This document shows, one piece after another, positions 11,836 through 26,433 of a DNA stretch of 64,000 nucleotides. The first letter of the stretch is position 1, and each line of letters begins with the position of its first letter. A program made the translations under genes and the position numbers. A model generated the notes under the pieces. It saw only the letters and a list, made by a program, of their open reading frames with translations. It ran no database searches and had not been told where the DNA came from. The DNA lies in contig OZ024742.1 of assembly GCA_964016885.1 (NCBI GenBank), positions 65,844,001 through 65,908,000 of the forward strand, read 5' to 3'. This stretch comes from Eledone cirrhosa. Its lineage: Eukaryota.

Positions 11836-12365
11836 TTGCTACTACTTAAGGTCGACTTTTAAATCATTTGGGTTGTTCCATAAATTACATCCTCGTTTTG
11901 TTTCTCATCTATCTAGACTATATTTCAGCCTGTAATCTATGTTTCAATTTTGTTACACCTCATTTCTCCCCCACTCTCTCTCTTTCTCTCTGTGATATTT
12001 GAATCTACAATGATTTGGGCTTACCTTATTCCTATATATATGTTTTTGAATGTCAGTTAGATTCAAACTTACAATGATTGGCATTATATATATAGAATAG
12101 AATGAAACGAAATTTCATTTCTCACTCTTAGTACGGCACTTACTTAAATGTAAGTATGTATACGTACATACATATATGTATACATACGTACAGTAGTATG
12201 TATATATATATACATACATGCACACATATATATATGCACGTATCGGTTTACCGAACATTTATTATAATGCTCGGTTTGTTTGTTTGTAAACAAACAAACA
12301 GCCCGAATTACGCCGTACAGTGTTTAGGCAACCACGTCACTTTTTTGTTCATCACTGACACAGGA

Positions 12366-12408
12366 ACGATGTACTAGTTTCAAGCTTATTAGCTATCGTC
12401 AGCATCGT
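12366..12408 (-). ncRNA. Type I hammerhead ribozyme
   Basis: ACGAUG-CUGACGA-U-AGCU(AAUA)AGCU-U-GAAAC(UA)GUA-CAUCGU. Confidence 0.8.
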
Positions 12409-12817
12409 ATACCTTCCTGTGTCAGTGTTGAACAAAAAGGTGACGTGGTTGTCTAAACACTGTACGGCGTAATTCGGGCTGTTTGTTTGTTTACAAACAA
12501 ACAAACCGAGCATTATAATAAATGTTCGGTAAATCGATACGTGCATATATATATGTGTGCATGTATGTATATATATACATACTACTGTACGTCTCTATAC
12601 ATATATGTATGTACGTATACATACATACATACTTATATTTAAGTAAGTGCCGTCCTAAGAGTGAGAAATGAAATTTCGTTTCATTCTATTCCATTTATCG
12701 TTTTCGGTGTGCCCGACCGACTGAACTCACTCGATATGCAAATTAGGCTGCTCAGCCGTTAATATGCATAAGGAAAGTATATACTTTCAGACGTTCAACT
12801 ATCTGGCAGGAAGGTAT

Positions 12818-12858
12818 ACGATGCTGACGATAGCTAATAAACTTGAAACTAGTACAAT
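12818..12858 (+). ncRNA. Hammerhead ribozyme with damaged 3' stem I
   Basis: ACGAUG-CUGACGA..GAAAC(UA)GUA-CA followed by a deletion. Confidence 0.6.
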
Positions 12859-13683
12859 GGTTGTTAAACACTGTACGGCCTAATACGGGATGTTTGTTTA
12901 CAAACACACCGAGCATTATAATAAATGTTCGGTAAACCGATACGTGCATATATATATATATATGTGTGCATGTATGTATATATATACATACTACTGTAGG
13001 TCTGTATACATATATGTATGTACGTATTGATACATACATACATACTTATATATATATATATTGGAAAATGTGTGAGATCCTTTGTACAGTTAGGTATATT
13101 TGAAAAAAAGGAAAAGAATGACTTCACTAATAATTTGATTTAATTTTATATTATAATATTATGAGTTGGTAGATCTAGTAAGTTCTTTGTTAACTTTGGT
13201 GGGAAGAATTTTAAAGATTCCTGGTTAACTTTGATTGAGAACTTTCTCGCATACGTCGGTGGCGATTGTCAAACTGAGATCAGGTTGTGTTAAGATGTAT
13301 GACTCTATATATAAGAGAGATTTGGATGTGACTGGGGTGTGGGGTGTGGTGTTAACGAGTGTTGATGAAGATTTGGAGTAATTAAAGCATACACACATAC
13401 ACACACACACACATACACTCAGAAAATGGTGAGGTTGCAAGATAAGGGTGTTTGAGAAGGTGGTTGTAAACATCCCCTCCTGCTGGTTTTATTTCATTAG
13501 CTGACCTTTGATGGGTATATAATGGCAGGGTTAGGGTTAGGGTTGTATATATATATATGTATATATGTATATTAATAAAAGGAATTCCAACTTTTTCTGA
13601 TTTACTCATTTTATTTACAATCCTTTAAAATGTATAATGGTATTAGAAATAGTATGGTAGAATATTAAATGTTAAGTGTTAAT

Positions 13684-13722
13684 TGAACAAATACTTTCAT
13701 GCTTTCGCAATCTTCAGGTTCA
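13684..13722 (-). ncRNA. Hammerhead ribozyme
   Basis: UGAAC-CUGAAGA-U-UGC(GAAA)GCA-U-GAAAG(UA)UUU-GUUCA. Confidence 0.7.
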
Positions 13723-13953
13723 TATTTCGACCTATCGGTGTGTAGTTTCACTGGATTACTAAAGCTGATTGGTCTAGGTGTTACGATTGGTTGAGCAATC
13801 AGCTTTAGTAATCCAGTGAAACTACACACCAATTGGTCGAAATACAGTTTGCAAAATTTAGCATCTTGTAGCCGCTTTTCACTGTATATAAGGCACAAAA
13901 TTACCCATCTCATTACAGTTGAAAATTGCAAACTTGACTGTCACCACAGAATA

Positions 13954-13992
13954 TGAACCTGAAGATTGCAAAAGCATGAAAGTACTTGTTCA
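13954..13992 (+). ncRNA. Minimal type I hammerhead ribozyme
   Basis: UGAAC-CUGAAGA-U-UGC(AAAA)GCA-U-GAAAG(UA)CUU-GUUCA. Confidence 0.8.
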
Positions 13993-14143
13993 ATTAACAC
14001 TTAACATTTAATATTCCACCATACTATTTCATTCTAATACCATTATACATTTTAAAGGATTGTAAATAAAACGAGTAAATCAGACAAAGTTGGAATTCCT
14101 TTTATTAATATAATCTTCTATACACAATCATACACACCCGTGA

Positions 14144-14660
<517 letters not shown>

Positions 14661-14713
14661 TAACTCGTGTGCTTCCTCTCCACATTTTATTATTATTATT
14701 ATAATTATTATAG

Positions 14714-14775
<62 letters not shown>

Positions 14776-14789
14776 TTGTTTTGCCCCCA

Positions 14790-15869
14790 CAAAAGAGTGC
14801 TAACAAGTATGATTTAGAATGTAGCACAATGGAAAGCATCCAGCAGATAGCTAATTCCATACACCAGAGTATAACTGTAACTATCGACTACCCTTCCAAA
14901 CACCCTAACAGTAGACCACCTGTATTAGACACGGAACTCTGGATTAACACTATAGACGAGAGGGCCCAAATTCTCCACTCACACTACGCTAAATCCATGG
15001 CCTCCAAATACCTGATACTCAAAAACCCAGCAATGTCCAGTAGTGCTAAGTTTAATATTCTGATCGCAGACTTGGTACGAGTGATGAAGAGCGTGTCCCG
15101 CATGTGCGACCCAACTGAAATGGAAAGACACATCCAACACTTCCTCAACCGCATGCAGTTCTCTGGCTACAACCAGAGACAGAATCAGAGTATACGAATG
15201 AGCCACGGAGAAGTATAAGACCCTCATAGAACTGGACATGAAAGGAATTTGCCCATTATACAGGAGCAAATCATGGAATAGCTTAGATAGGACTAAACAT
15301 AAGATAGGGAAAACAACCTCATGGTACGACAACCAGAGATTCCAGAGTGTCATGTTCGTGGACGCTACCCCTGGAGGGAAATTATCTAACCAGTGTAGAA
15401 AGGCCCTGAGAAAGACCTACTTAAAGATTAAAGTCGTAGAAAAGCCAAGAACTACCAAAAATTCCTGATCAGCAAAACCCACTGTACTAATAGGAAATGT
15501 ATTATATGTAAAGTAAATCCCCGGATAAACTGTAAAACTAGAAACGTAGTATATAGCATAAGATGTACAGAGGGTACTTGCAGAAACATGACAACAACAT
15601 ACATAGGCGAGACAGCCCGTAGCATAGGTGAAAAGATAGACCAACACTGGGGGGAACTAAAAGAACGAAAAAACGGTTCAGTACTATACGAACACGCAAG
15701 ACAACAACATGACGGTAACATAGACAACATAGAAATTAAAATAATATCTAAACATAGAAATGACCCAGCAGATAGGCAAATCAGAGAAGCAAATGAAATA
15801 GAACTTAGAAGGCCAAAGCTAAACAGAAAAAATGAATGGAATAACAACACCCAAACAAACAATACTTAA
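14790..15869 (+). pseudogene. PLE RT C-terminus plus GIY-YIG endonuclease, disrupted
   Basis: ORFs 14667-15218, 15238-15468 and 15588-15869 are successive pieces. Confidence 0.75.
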
Positions 15870-16097
15870 GAGCAATATAAATAAATAAATACACAAGCAC
15901 AATAACAACAAACACATATAAGCACACACTAGTAAACCAAGATAGAGTACAATAACCAAAACACAGTCACCCAAACACACCAACACTATACACACACGCA
16001 CACGCATGCGCAGAGAAGAAGACAAAAATAAATAAATAAATAAATAAACCGATTAAATAAAGATGGCGTAAATATACAATACAACAGGAGGAACATA

Positions 16098-16151
16098 ATA
16101 GCATCACTGACGATGTTGCAGATGTGCAACGAAAGGACTTTGTTAGACTAT
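16098..16151 (+). ncRNA. Hammerhead ribozyme of PLE pLTR
   Basis: CUGACGA-U-GUUGCA(GAUG)UGCAAC-GAAAG(GA)CUU; stem I degraded. Confidence 0.6.
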
Positions 16152-16184
16152 ATATATATGTTTATATCTATATTATATGTGTAT

Positions 16185-16333
16185 TTTTGACTGTGGTCTG
16201 TCAATGGTAAACATTGAGGACCGAATGAATTAACTGATATAAAAGATACAGAAGTGAAAACTAACCAAACAGTGAGTGTGTTCTGTTATTAATTCTGGCA
16301 ATATTATTACAACAATATGACCCTCCCCAAGTA

Positions 16334-16335
<2 letters not shown>
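16185..16335. mobile_element. Short TA-embedded repeat family (also 34375-34508, 41980-42135)
   Basis: Shared GATATAAAAGA..AAACAGTG.GTGTGTTCTGTTATT..TTCTGGCAATATT..ATATGA.CCTCCC. Confidence 0.65.
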
Positions 16336-16377
<42 letters not shown>

Positions 16378-16839
16378 TATATCATATGTGACTTTGATAA
16401 CTTCGGTAGCTTTCGGTCACATCTGACTCAGGTCATATATATTTATACATTACTGGGCATAACCAATTAAAGTTATATAACTATTCAATTTCACACAATA
16501 TGCAAATCTCAAGCCAATGTTTTATATGAAAAACCATAGACAAAAATAGCCTTTTTTGTCTCAGTAGCGAATGAGTAAATGTCACTATTGAAGGTTAATG
16601 ACCCACAAACAGCTGTTTCACATTCTCACTGTCATTGGGATAGATTTGATATGATCACAGCTTGTAAAATCATTCATAGCGAGACTCGCGAATGTACATT
16701 ATGCATAGATATGTCGTATATCGTATAAACCTTTTATATCCACCCCTATTATATATGCATACATACACATATGCACATACATATATACACAAGCACACAC
16801 AAATTGATATACACATTTACATAAATATATATATGTATA

Positions 16840-16962
<123 letters not shown>

Positions 16963-17051
16963 ATAATAATAAATTTGAAGACTAAAATCCAAAGAGGGCT
17001 CGATAAGGATAAATATATATCAAATATATAAGAACCGTAGAGCAAATATTT

Positions 17052-17174
17052 ATTAAAATAACAGAGAAAAGTTTAAGCAAAGAATCGCTGCTTTCACCCT
17101 TAACGAGATCTGAGTTTCAGAAGATCCCGTTAAAGGTGAAAGCAGCGATTCTTTGCTTAAACTTTAATCTGTTA

Positions 17175-17180
<6 letters not shown>
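17052..17180. repeat. Fold-back copy of a short element also present at 2485-2582
   Basis: AAGAATCGCTGCTTTCACC..GGTGAAAGCAGCGATTCTT inverted arms. Confidence 0.75.
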
Positions 17181-17221
<41 letters not shown>

Positions 17222-17550
17222 TATAATAAGGTTATATCCATACATATATATAATGTCTTACTTCTTCCTATTTCACACCTACGGTTATTTCTACATACAG
17301 ACATGTATATTCATGTTTATATACGTTATATATCCACATAAATAGCTGTGCTTATTCATAATTGTCCAATTATTTTGGATCTTTCTGAATAGAAGTGTTG
17401 TAATCCCAACATATATGCATATATGCATATATTTACTGTAATATGGATACATCATGTCATATACCCTCGATTATATGGTCAATTGAAATTAACAGTAGCA
17501 GCAATAATATAAATAATAACTGAAAAAATTATACACAAAATAAATAAAAT

Positions 17551-17930
17551 AATTGTTTCTACTTTAGGCACAAGGCCAGCAATTACCCAGTGCATTACTG
17601 GTACTTTATTTTATCTACCCCGTAAGGATGAAAGGCAAAGTCAACCTCGGCGGGATTTGAACTCAGATCGTAAAAGGACGTAACTATGCTGGAAAGCATG
17701 GCGTCCGACCCTCTACCAATACTGCCAATACACTGGTTTCTGATTTAGCCACAAGGGCAGTAATTTCGGGGGAAAATCGATTAAATCGACCCTAGTGCGT
17801 TTCTGGTACTTTATATTATCGACCCCGTAAGGATGAATGGCAAAGCTAACCTCGGCAGGATTTGAACTCGGAACGTATAAGGCCATAGTTCTATGTTGCA
17901 ATGCATAGTGTCTGGCGCTCTACCGATACT
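17551..17930 (-). mobile_element. Two tandem SINE family A copies
   Basis: 17551-17728 and 17735-17930 match the consensus. Confidence 0.85.
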
Positions 17931-18236
17931 ACAGAGCAGACTATATTTCTTGCAAGCTCTGTCTCATGAACTGTAAAGAGAGACAATATGGTGGTAGTTA
18001 TCAGTTGCTATATCGTGTTAAGATAGCCACAACATCGGTCGTAGCGCCTGTCAGTGTCTACTCATTTATCTATACAAGAAAAATATGGCGTCTCTTCGAT
18101 CCATTATGGGAACAATGTACCAATTAGTCGCCATACCCTTACACTTACACGTCCCCCCCCCTATAAATTTACATATACATCTAACTTGTTTATTCATACG
18201 CATATATCTACATGAATTACATCGTTATAGATCAAT

Positions 18237-18641
<405 letters not shown>

Positions 18642-18833
18642 AATTCCAATGTTCTCGCTCCCCATCCCTGCCCCACGCTCCCTCACTCCTGTAAGGTTTA
18701 TCGTTTATCAATTGTGTATAATATGATCTATACCTTTAAGTAGAATTCAAAATATGATTGATTTTACATTTGATATGTAAAGTCGTATAACGGTAGTAGA
18801 TTACTTATTTATTGTATTGCTTTCTTCCTTGTG

Positions 18834-18895
<62 letters not shown>

Positions 18896-19229
18896 CATAT
18901 ATTTATATACGCCCACATTGTGGGACAATTTTCTCGTCGGTTATCAAAGTAAGGACACAGGCATACACGCAGAGGAAAATGTATGATGCACTGCGAACAT
19001 AGAGAGACAATACAAGCATAAATACCCTTTGTTAGATTCCGACTATCGACTAATTTTTCGGGTATTCATTGGATGTCCTTGCCAGTTTTCTTCATGTATC
19101 TAGCTCCCAGAAGAAAAACAACTACCACAAGTTACAAATGAATCGTTCAACCGAAGTATGCTGATATATGTAAGCATGATTACATAAATATATCTAGCAT
19201 TAGTTCCAGTAAATAACGGATGGTATCGA

Positions 19230-19440
19230 CAGTCGATCGACTTTCGTCAAATTGGGCCGAGGAAACAATATCTCCATTGGTCTTTCCAATTATTGATACT
19301 ATTTGTCGGTCGCAAACCCAGGTAGAAGGAGCAATGTGAAATAAAGTGTCTTGCTCTAGGACATAACGCATCGTCCGGTCCGGGAATCGAACTCAAAGCC
19401 TCACAATTGCGAATCCAGTTCTCTAACCACTCAGCCACGG
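19230..19440 (-). mobile_element. SINE family B
   Basis: Minus strand TGGCTGAGTGGTTAGAG..GAGTTCGATTCCC..GTCCTAGAGCAAGACACTTTATTTCAC. Confidence 0.75.
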
Positions 19441-19509
19441 AGGTTATGCTGGAGCATAATTAAAAGAAGAACAAAAGACAACAATTTTGCACATTCTCTG
19501 TATATATCA

Positions 19510-19930
19510 TTATCATCATCATCATGTTCCCGCAACTGGTTCAGCCAATCATTCGGCTACCACTCTAAACTCTTAAGCAGGCAGTGTTGGTCATTGGTCT
19601 CTATTCTCCAACATGCGCAGAAGGGTCTAGGTATTTTGATCAGACCAGTCTTTAATGTCGCACCAGGATATTTTCTTTGTCTGCCATCACTCGACTGTAC
19701 CCTGAAGGGACAATGTGTTGTGGCGGGATATAACCTTCCTACTTTTTACTATCGCAAGGTGTGGCTCCTGTCTGTCAGCATATTTGTTAACTTGCTTCCT
19801 GACAAAGCTGTTTGTTTTGTAGTCAGTGTACGGGATGTGCAGCAACATTCTGAAGCACTTGTGCTCAAATGATTGGATTCTTGGTTCCATCAGCTGTAAG
19901 AGTTCAGCTTTCACACCCATACAAATGGAT
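19510..19930 (-). mobile_element. RTE-clade LINE 3' remnant
   Basis: IQSFEHKCFRMLLHIPYTD.KTN..V..LAIVK..RHNTLS..LQGTVE; (ATG)n tail. Confidence 0.7.
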
Positions 19931-20937
19931 CGAAGTCACCAAGGATTTATATTGTTTGAGCTTCGTTGGAAAAATGAAGGAGTTGCTTTCCCTATGACAT
20001 TCAACTTTACCCTGGCAGAAGTGGCCAGTGGGTGTCTTGTTAGTCTCTACTTTTTAGATCTGTCATCTCTCGTTGGCTCCATATCTGATGTTGAATTTTG
20101 AAACTATGAGTTATGCAACGTCAGATAGCTGGCGTAACCTTTAATTTAAATATATGTATTTAATGGCTTATTAAGAAGAGGATGGATCGAACAGCGCTTG
20201 GTTTTCATGGTCTCCGTGATTATGTAGGGTAAGTGAGGCAATTGTCTTCTGATAAAAAATGTGTGCAATGCTTACAATAAAGCGAAATCCTATACAGAAC
20301 TCCAAGAGCCAGGTGATGTTAAATCGGGTGATAGATTAAGTCTAACATTCAAGAAGCTCCTGCAACCGCCTTCCACACAGATTTTGTCTATTTAATTTCC
20401 CACCCAGGAGTATGCTAGAAGGTACTGCCCTATGCAACGCATAGTGAGCTTGGATCCAGAATCACGAATTTGTAATTTGAGCTTCTTAACCACACTAACA
20501 TATTTCTGCATAACTGCACCGGAGGTAAAATAGATTGATTAAAACCGCCCCTGTCTCCTATGAACAGATAATATTTAGTGACTTTAAATAATTTCAGTTA
20601 ACCAAATGATTTGCAGATTTTTTTCTTTTATAATTATTCGGTCTGTTCGGTCTGGACTCAATTCTTAATACATTTTCTTTTATATATGTTGTTCAGTGGA
20701 TGGAAAAAATGGGTGAGACCGGACAAAAACAGTGTGGTGTATGTATTTACATTCATTTACTCTTTGAGTCAACTTTAAAATTTACTGCGCCCTTTCGACT
20801 TTTGGGGATTATTAATATAAGTGTGCTTCAATTATTGGCTTCGATTTAATTGATTATATCTTGAATGTAGTGCTCCAGTATGACCAAAATCTAATTTCCT
20901 ATTGCTTAATATGGAGGACTGGCAGTGTTCATGACCT

Positions 20938-20990
20938 AAGAGCCTCCGTGATTGGAGGGAAAGAAAGAGCCTCCGTGATTGGAGGGAAAG
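20938..20990. repeat. Short tandem duplication
   Basis: AAGAGCCTCCGTGATTGGAGGGAAAG twice. Confidence 0.9.
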
Positions 20991-22740
20991 ATGTTTGAAA
21001 CAGAGTGGGATGTTGGTGATTTTAAATTGGGTGATGAATTATGTCTATCACCCAAACAGACCACTTTGAAATATGAATTTAGAACGCAAAGAGACAGAAC
21101 ATATAATCTCCAGACATACCGTCAGAAACGTTAACGATTTGTCTGTCCAACGTACTTGATTTGTACATTCGATTCAAAGGAAACTTGGTGGAGTGAAAAG
21201 TTGAAAAGGAGCGTACTGTGGGATTAGTAAGAAAGTTGATCTCTACTGATGAGATTGTTGCGGCTGATAACTATCTCGAATATATCTGTGTCAATGATTG
21301 CACGTAAAACCTGGCCGCTGCGGGAACCAAGTATTTGTTTCCAATAATTGGAAGGGAGTAAAATTTGCTAAAGTTATCAAAGAGCCATCTCAGTATGCTA
21401 AACTGGGTGGTGTTTTAAGTTTGATAATTATTCTGAACATAGTCGGGGCTAAGTAAATTACCAGTCCCGTCGATACTTGCTGTGTCACTAGTACGGCTAT
21501 ATCAGGAGCTGAGGCAGGCCCACATCTCTCTCTCCTCTCTCTCTCTGTATATATATATAATAGTGCTGAATGTATTTAAGTTTTGGAATGCAGGATTGGC
21601 ATGTCATATTTACCAGGATATACGAGCAATCATCAAACAAGGTAATTTACTGTTTACATATGGGAAATATAATAGTTTGAGTTGATTAGTGAGACGTGAG
21701 AATGAGTGAAGATAACATGATATTTTAATAATTTATTCCAAGAATATAGTTACATAAATGTTCAGCAAGTCTGTACAAATGACAAACAGGATTAAATGTT
21801 TGAATAACTTTAGAGAAATAACTAATATTAGGACACACTTCTTACTGAAGTTGCATGAGTGATATAGGAAATGCATTGTGTGTATGCGTGTGTATGTTTG
21901 TATGTATAAATCTTAACTCGTTACAGACCAAGATATACATAATCATACAAATAAATGTGGCATATTATTATAGTTGATATGTATAACAAAACCCTGTTGA
22001 ATTGTATCTTTGTGAATCAAGTCTTGTTATAAAAAGGCTTAATATCGCATCAATTTCACAGTAAAAATACAACCTCAAAACATTCTCTTTGCCTGACTGT
22101 ATCTGGAATATCACACTTACATTTGAACTGCCTTATAAGGGGGTATGCTGTTACTTTATTAGCTCGTAAAACGATATCTGTGAGTCATCTTGGTTTGCTT
22201 TTCCCTTCTGGAATTTTACTCATGCTATATTGCTCACTTCTACAGAAATTTCTTAATTTTGGAAAGCACAAAAGGTTTAAATTTTATTTAACAATTGAAA
22301 ATATCCATCGTGTCATAGCACGTTAGATACAAACTTAAAATTCATAAAATGAGTAGAATGAGAGGAAAAGCAAAACGTTGCTTCAGAATCATTAGAACTT
22401 GCATTTGTAATTTTAAAAACGATGAATAACCAATCAGGTAAAGTAAAATTATCCACCTCCCTTGCAAATTTCATGTGAGTGCAAAGCTTTCTAAAATGAC
22501 ACACGCACGTAATAAAACAGGGTAGATATAGAGAATATATATATAATTAGTTCAGTTTAAAGTAAAGTGAAATTGGTTATCAGCACCTATGTTAAATTAC
22601 AACTACAGAAACAAACACGTGATTAAATGTTTGTTCCACCGTGAAATTGTTGATACAAATACGTCAACGTGCATCATGAAAACGATCGTACTGAACTGCA
22701 TTCATAAATACACTCACACGCATACACTCACACCATCAGG

Positions 22741-22772
<32 letters not shown>

Positions 22773-22854
22773 GTATATGTATCCACTTCCACCAAGGCTG
22801 AGCCTAATACAACTGTGTACAATTGCCTCCTGCGTTTTGTTTGTTGTTTTCAAC

Positions 22855-22956
<102 letters not shown>

Positions 22957-23184
22957 TGTGTGTGTGTGCGTGCTTGTGTGTTTGTGTGTGTATGTGAGTC
23001 TAGACACAGCTATATAAATGGCTCTATGTATGTATATATGTATGTATGTTTGTGGGGTTGAGAGTATGTATCAGTAAGTGTGTTTACACCCTTCCCTATA
23101 CATAGTTATCTACGTACCTAAGTGCTTACTAAATGAAGCTGAAGAATTACAAACATCAATGTTAAATTTGGCTCTACATGTGGA

Positions 23185-23700
23185 TCTGGGGGTGGCGAAG
23201 TTAATACTCATTGTGGTAGCTGTTGTAGTCATGGTGTTAGTGGCGATGTTGGTGGTTCGTGACGGTTTAGATGTAGTATTAGTACTGAGGGTTGTGCCAA
23301 TGTTGGTGTTGGTGGTTGTGAGATGCTTTGGGAAGGGATTGGCAGGGTTATTAGGAATTGTAGTAATGCTAGGGATGGTAGTGGTGCTGCTGAAGGCAGT
23401 ATAATGAACGTATAAAGTAATGACGTCGGCAGTGGTGGCATGTTTATGGCTTTGCAATAAGCGTGATAATGATGGAAGAGACGCTGATTACGAGATCGTG
23501 GTACGTAGTATATATGAATAATCATTTTGTTTTATGTTGGTACACTGATAATAATTTCATTAGTTCTTAGTGTATATTTGTAGGATGCTTAGGGTATATA
23601 CTGTTAGTTGTGGCGATGGTATGAAATGATGTTGGTGGTAGAGGTAGAAGTGTTGCAGCAGTCGTGTGCAGGTAATAGAGTTAGTCATTTTAGTGGTGGT
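23185..23700. repeat. Cryptic (GGT/GTT/GTA)n low-complexity tract
   Basis: Degenerate trinucleotide; explains V-rich and T-rich ORFs. Confidence 0.6.
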
Positions 23701-24226
23701 TGCCTTTCTGTTTTGTCACAAGTTATCTCTACGATTTCAAAGATTTCTAAGCCATCTTTTCAAGATTTCCCTGCCATCTGTCTTCCAGGCATAGTATATC
23801 AAAGACTGGCTAATGCAACAGACTTCTTTTCAACGTCTCACCTCATTTAGTAGGGTGTAAATGTAATAACAGGATATAACTTAAGAGAGATACAGCAAGT
23901 ATTTCCACAGCACAACAGACATACATAGACACACAGAGGCACACAGCCATATATTTACATAAACACACACACACACACACATACACACACATACACACAC
24001 ACAGACACACATATATACATATATAATAAATTGTGTGTGTGTGTGTGTGTGTTGGTACATACGCATTCACACATATATTCGTACATACATAAGCATATAT
24101 ATAGATGCCGCAGTATGTATGAAAACATGTACAGACAAATTTGTGTATAATACATATCAATGTTGATATATATTAATGTAACTTCATATAGCAGATAGAG
24201 GGAGAGGAAAAATACTAGGAATGTCT

Positions 24227-24371
<145 letters not shown>

Positions 24372-24459
24372 AGCATGTATGTAAGTAAGTGCCGTCTTAA
24401 GCGTGAGAAATGAAATTTTGTTTCATTCTATTCCATTTATATATATATATGTATATATT

Positions 24460-24510
<51 letters not shown>

Positions 24511-24518
24511 TCACACAT

Positions 24519-24550
<32 letters not shown>

Positions 24551-25046
24551 GTGTGTATGTGTGTGTGTGTGTGTGTGTTCCCTTAACAACCTTACACTTC
24601 AAATTGGCATTCTATGCAAATCTCACATTCTCAAACATCTTTCTACACATTAATGTACATACGCACACACATATAAAAACAAACACACAGGCATATACAC
24701 ACATACATACATATACTCAAGCACACATACCTCTATATCAACCCCCTTTACTCTCAATCTGTGTAACCCACTCCCCCCCCTCCCCCACTAGAAAATGCCA
24801 CACGGAGAAGATCATTTGAGGGAGTGGGCAATATGCCAAAAATAATTTCAACGCAAGAAGTGTATGTTCACCCCCACGGCAGTGGAAACTGCCAGACCGA
24901 AGATGTTGTCACCTTGGCACATTATCAAGTCTACCCTGACATATCTCAGGAAGGATGGTGTGACAGAATTAGAGAGAGGGAAAGAGAGAGAGAGAGAGAG
25001 AGAGATGTCTATGGGAGAGAGAGGGAGAGATACTATCACTCACTCA

Positions 25047-25584
<538 letters not shown>

Positions 25585-25585
<1 letters not shown>

Positions 25586-25840
25586 TAAGTATGGGTTATA
25601 TCGAACATTAATAATAATGTTCGATTCGTTTTTAAACAAACGGCCTGATTTGCAGCTGTGCCTTATCGGTGACCGATCGTCACCTGTTTGTTCAACACTG
25701 GCTTTGAGGAACAATCAATATGTTTCTGGGTCATTACCCTTCATCAGGACTGTATACCTCTGCCAGTCTGTTGAATGGTTGAAAATATATAATATTTTCT
25801 TAAGCACACATGGGCCGAGTAGCCTAATTTGCATATATGT
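25585..25840 (-). mobile_element. Diverged relative of the 12 kb/41 kb HHR element
   Basis: Shares CGAACATT.ATAATAATG.TCG, TGTTCAACACTG, TATACC..TGCCAG and GCCTAATTTGCATAT. Confidence 0.65.
25711..25753 (-). ncRNA. Hammerhead ribozyme
   Basis: ACAGUC-CUGAUGA-A-GGGU(AAUG)ACCC-A-GAAAC(AU)AUU-GAUUGU. Confidence 0.7.
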
Positions 25841-26319
25841 ATATGTATATATATATTTGTTGACGAAGTAAATTACTTGTTCTATCTTCCAAAAACCATT
25901 AACCTGCAGACCCCTGGAAGTGGATTTTGTCGATTTCGGATTTACAGAAACCTAGCGGAGATATTATATATTATATGTGATGTATATTATATGGTATATA
26001 TCACGTGTTGTATATGATGTCGACGCGATGGTCCAGGTTAGTCAAATTTTTATCCTGAGTTCAGTTTTTTTCGTCGCTATGGCCACTGCGGCCCGTCTAT
26101 CGGTCGCTGTCTTCAATTTGCAAAGCTGTCTAAACGTAATGTTATAACTCTAGGGTAATATACCCTATTGAGTGCTTAGCTGCACACCGAGATTGCATTC
26201 GTTAGCTTGGCTGCAACCAGAGCTTCGATGATGCTGTACTAAATTTGTATATATATATATATACATTTAGGTTTGTTGGTTCACCACTGTGTCTATTATA
26301 TTCCTTTGTTAAATTTCTG

Positions 26320-26365
26320 AATACCTGATGATGTTACTGGATCCATACTGAAACCGGTCATTGTG
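26320..26365 (+). ncRNA. Degenerate hammerhead-like motif
   Basis: CUGAUGA...GAAAC(CG)GUC in a TA-flanked ~170-bp insert; stems weak. Confidence 0.4.
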
Positions 26366-26433
26366 ATGTTCATAGTATAATAAACCCTTAAGGAATTACA
26401 CCAGTCAGGCATCCTGATATTTTATAATTATTA

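Larger units (their letters stand above)
12096..13045. mobile_element. Retrozyme-like HHR element: inverted plus head-to-tail copies
   Basis: 12096-12418 inverted; 12415-13045 is a unit end joined to the next unit start; same family at 41118-41911 and 24368-24437. Confidence 0.7.
13570..14112. mobile_element. Fold-back HHR element with a nested internal inverted repeat
   Basis: 13570-13727 inverted vs 13950-14112; 13725-13772 inverted vs 13796-13843. Confidence 0.75.
14775..16151 (+). mobile_element. 5'-truncated Penelope-like element (RT thumb, GIY-YIG, pLTR HHR)
   Basis: IANSIH..VTIDYPS..PVLDTELW..MQFSGY, then CKTRNVVYSIRC..YIGETARSIGEKIDQH..REA; frameshifts and stops; HHR at 3' end; TA flanks. 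Confidence 0.8.

Noticed and set aside
23078-23525. Hydrophobic and Thr-rich ORFs resembling membrane or mucin proteins
   Set aside because: Cryptic trinucleotide low complexity; no domain or splice evidence
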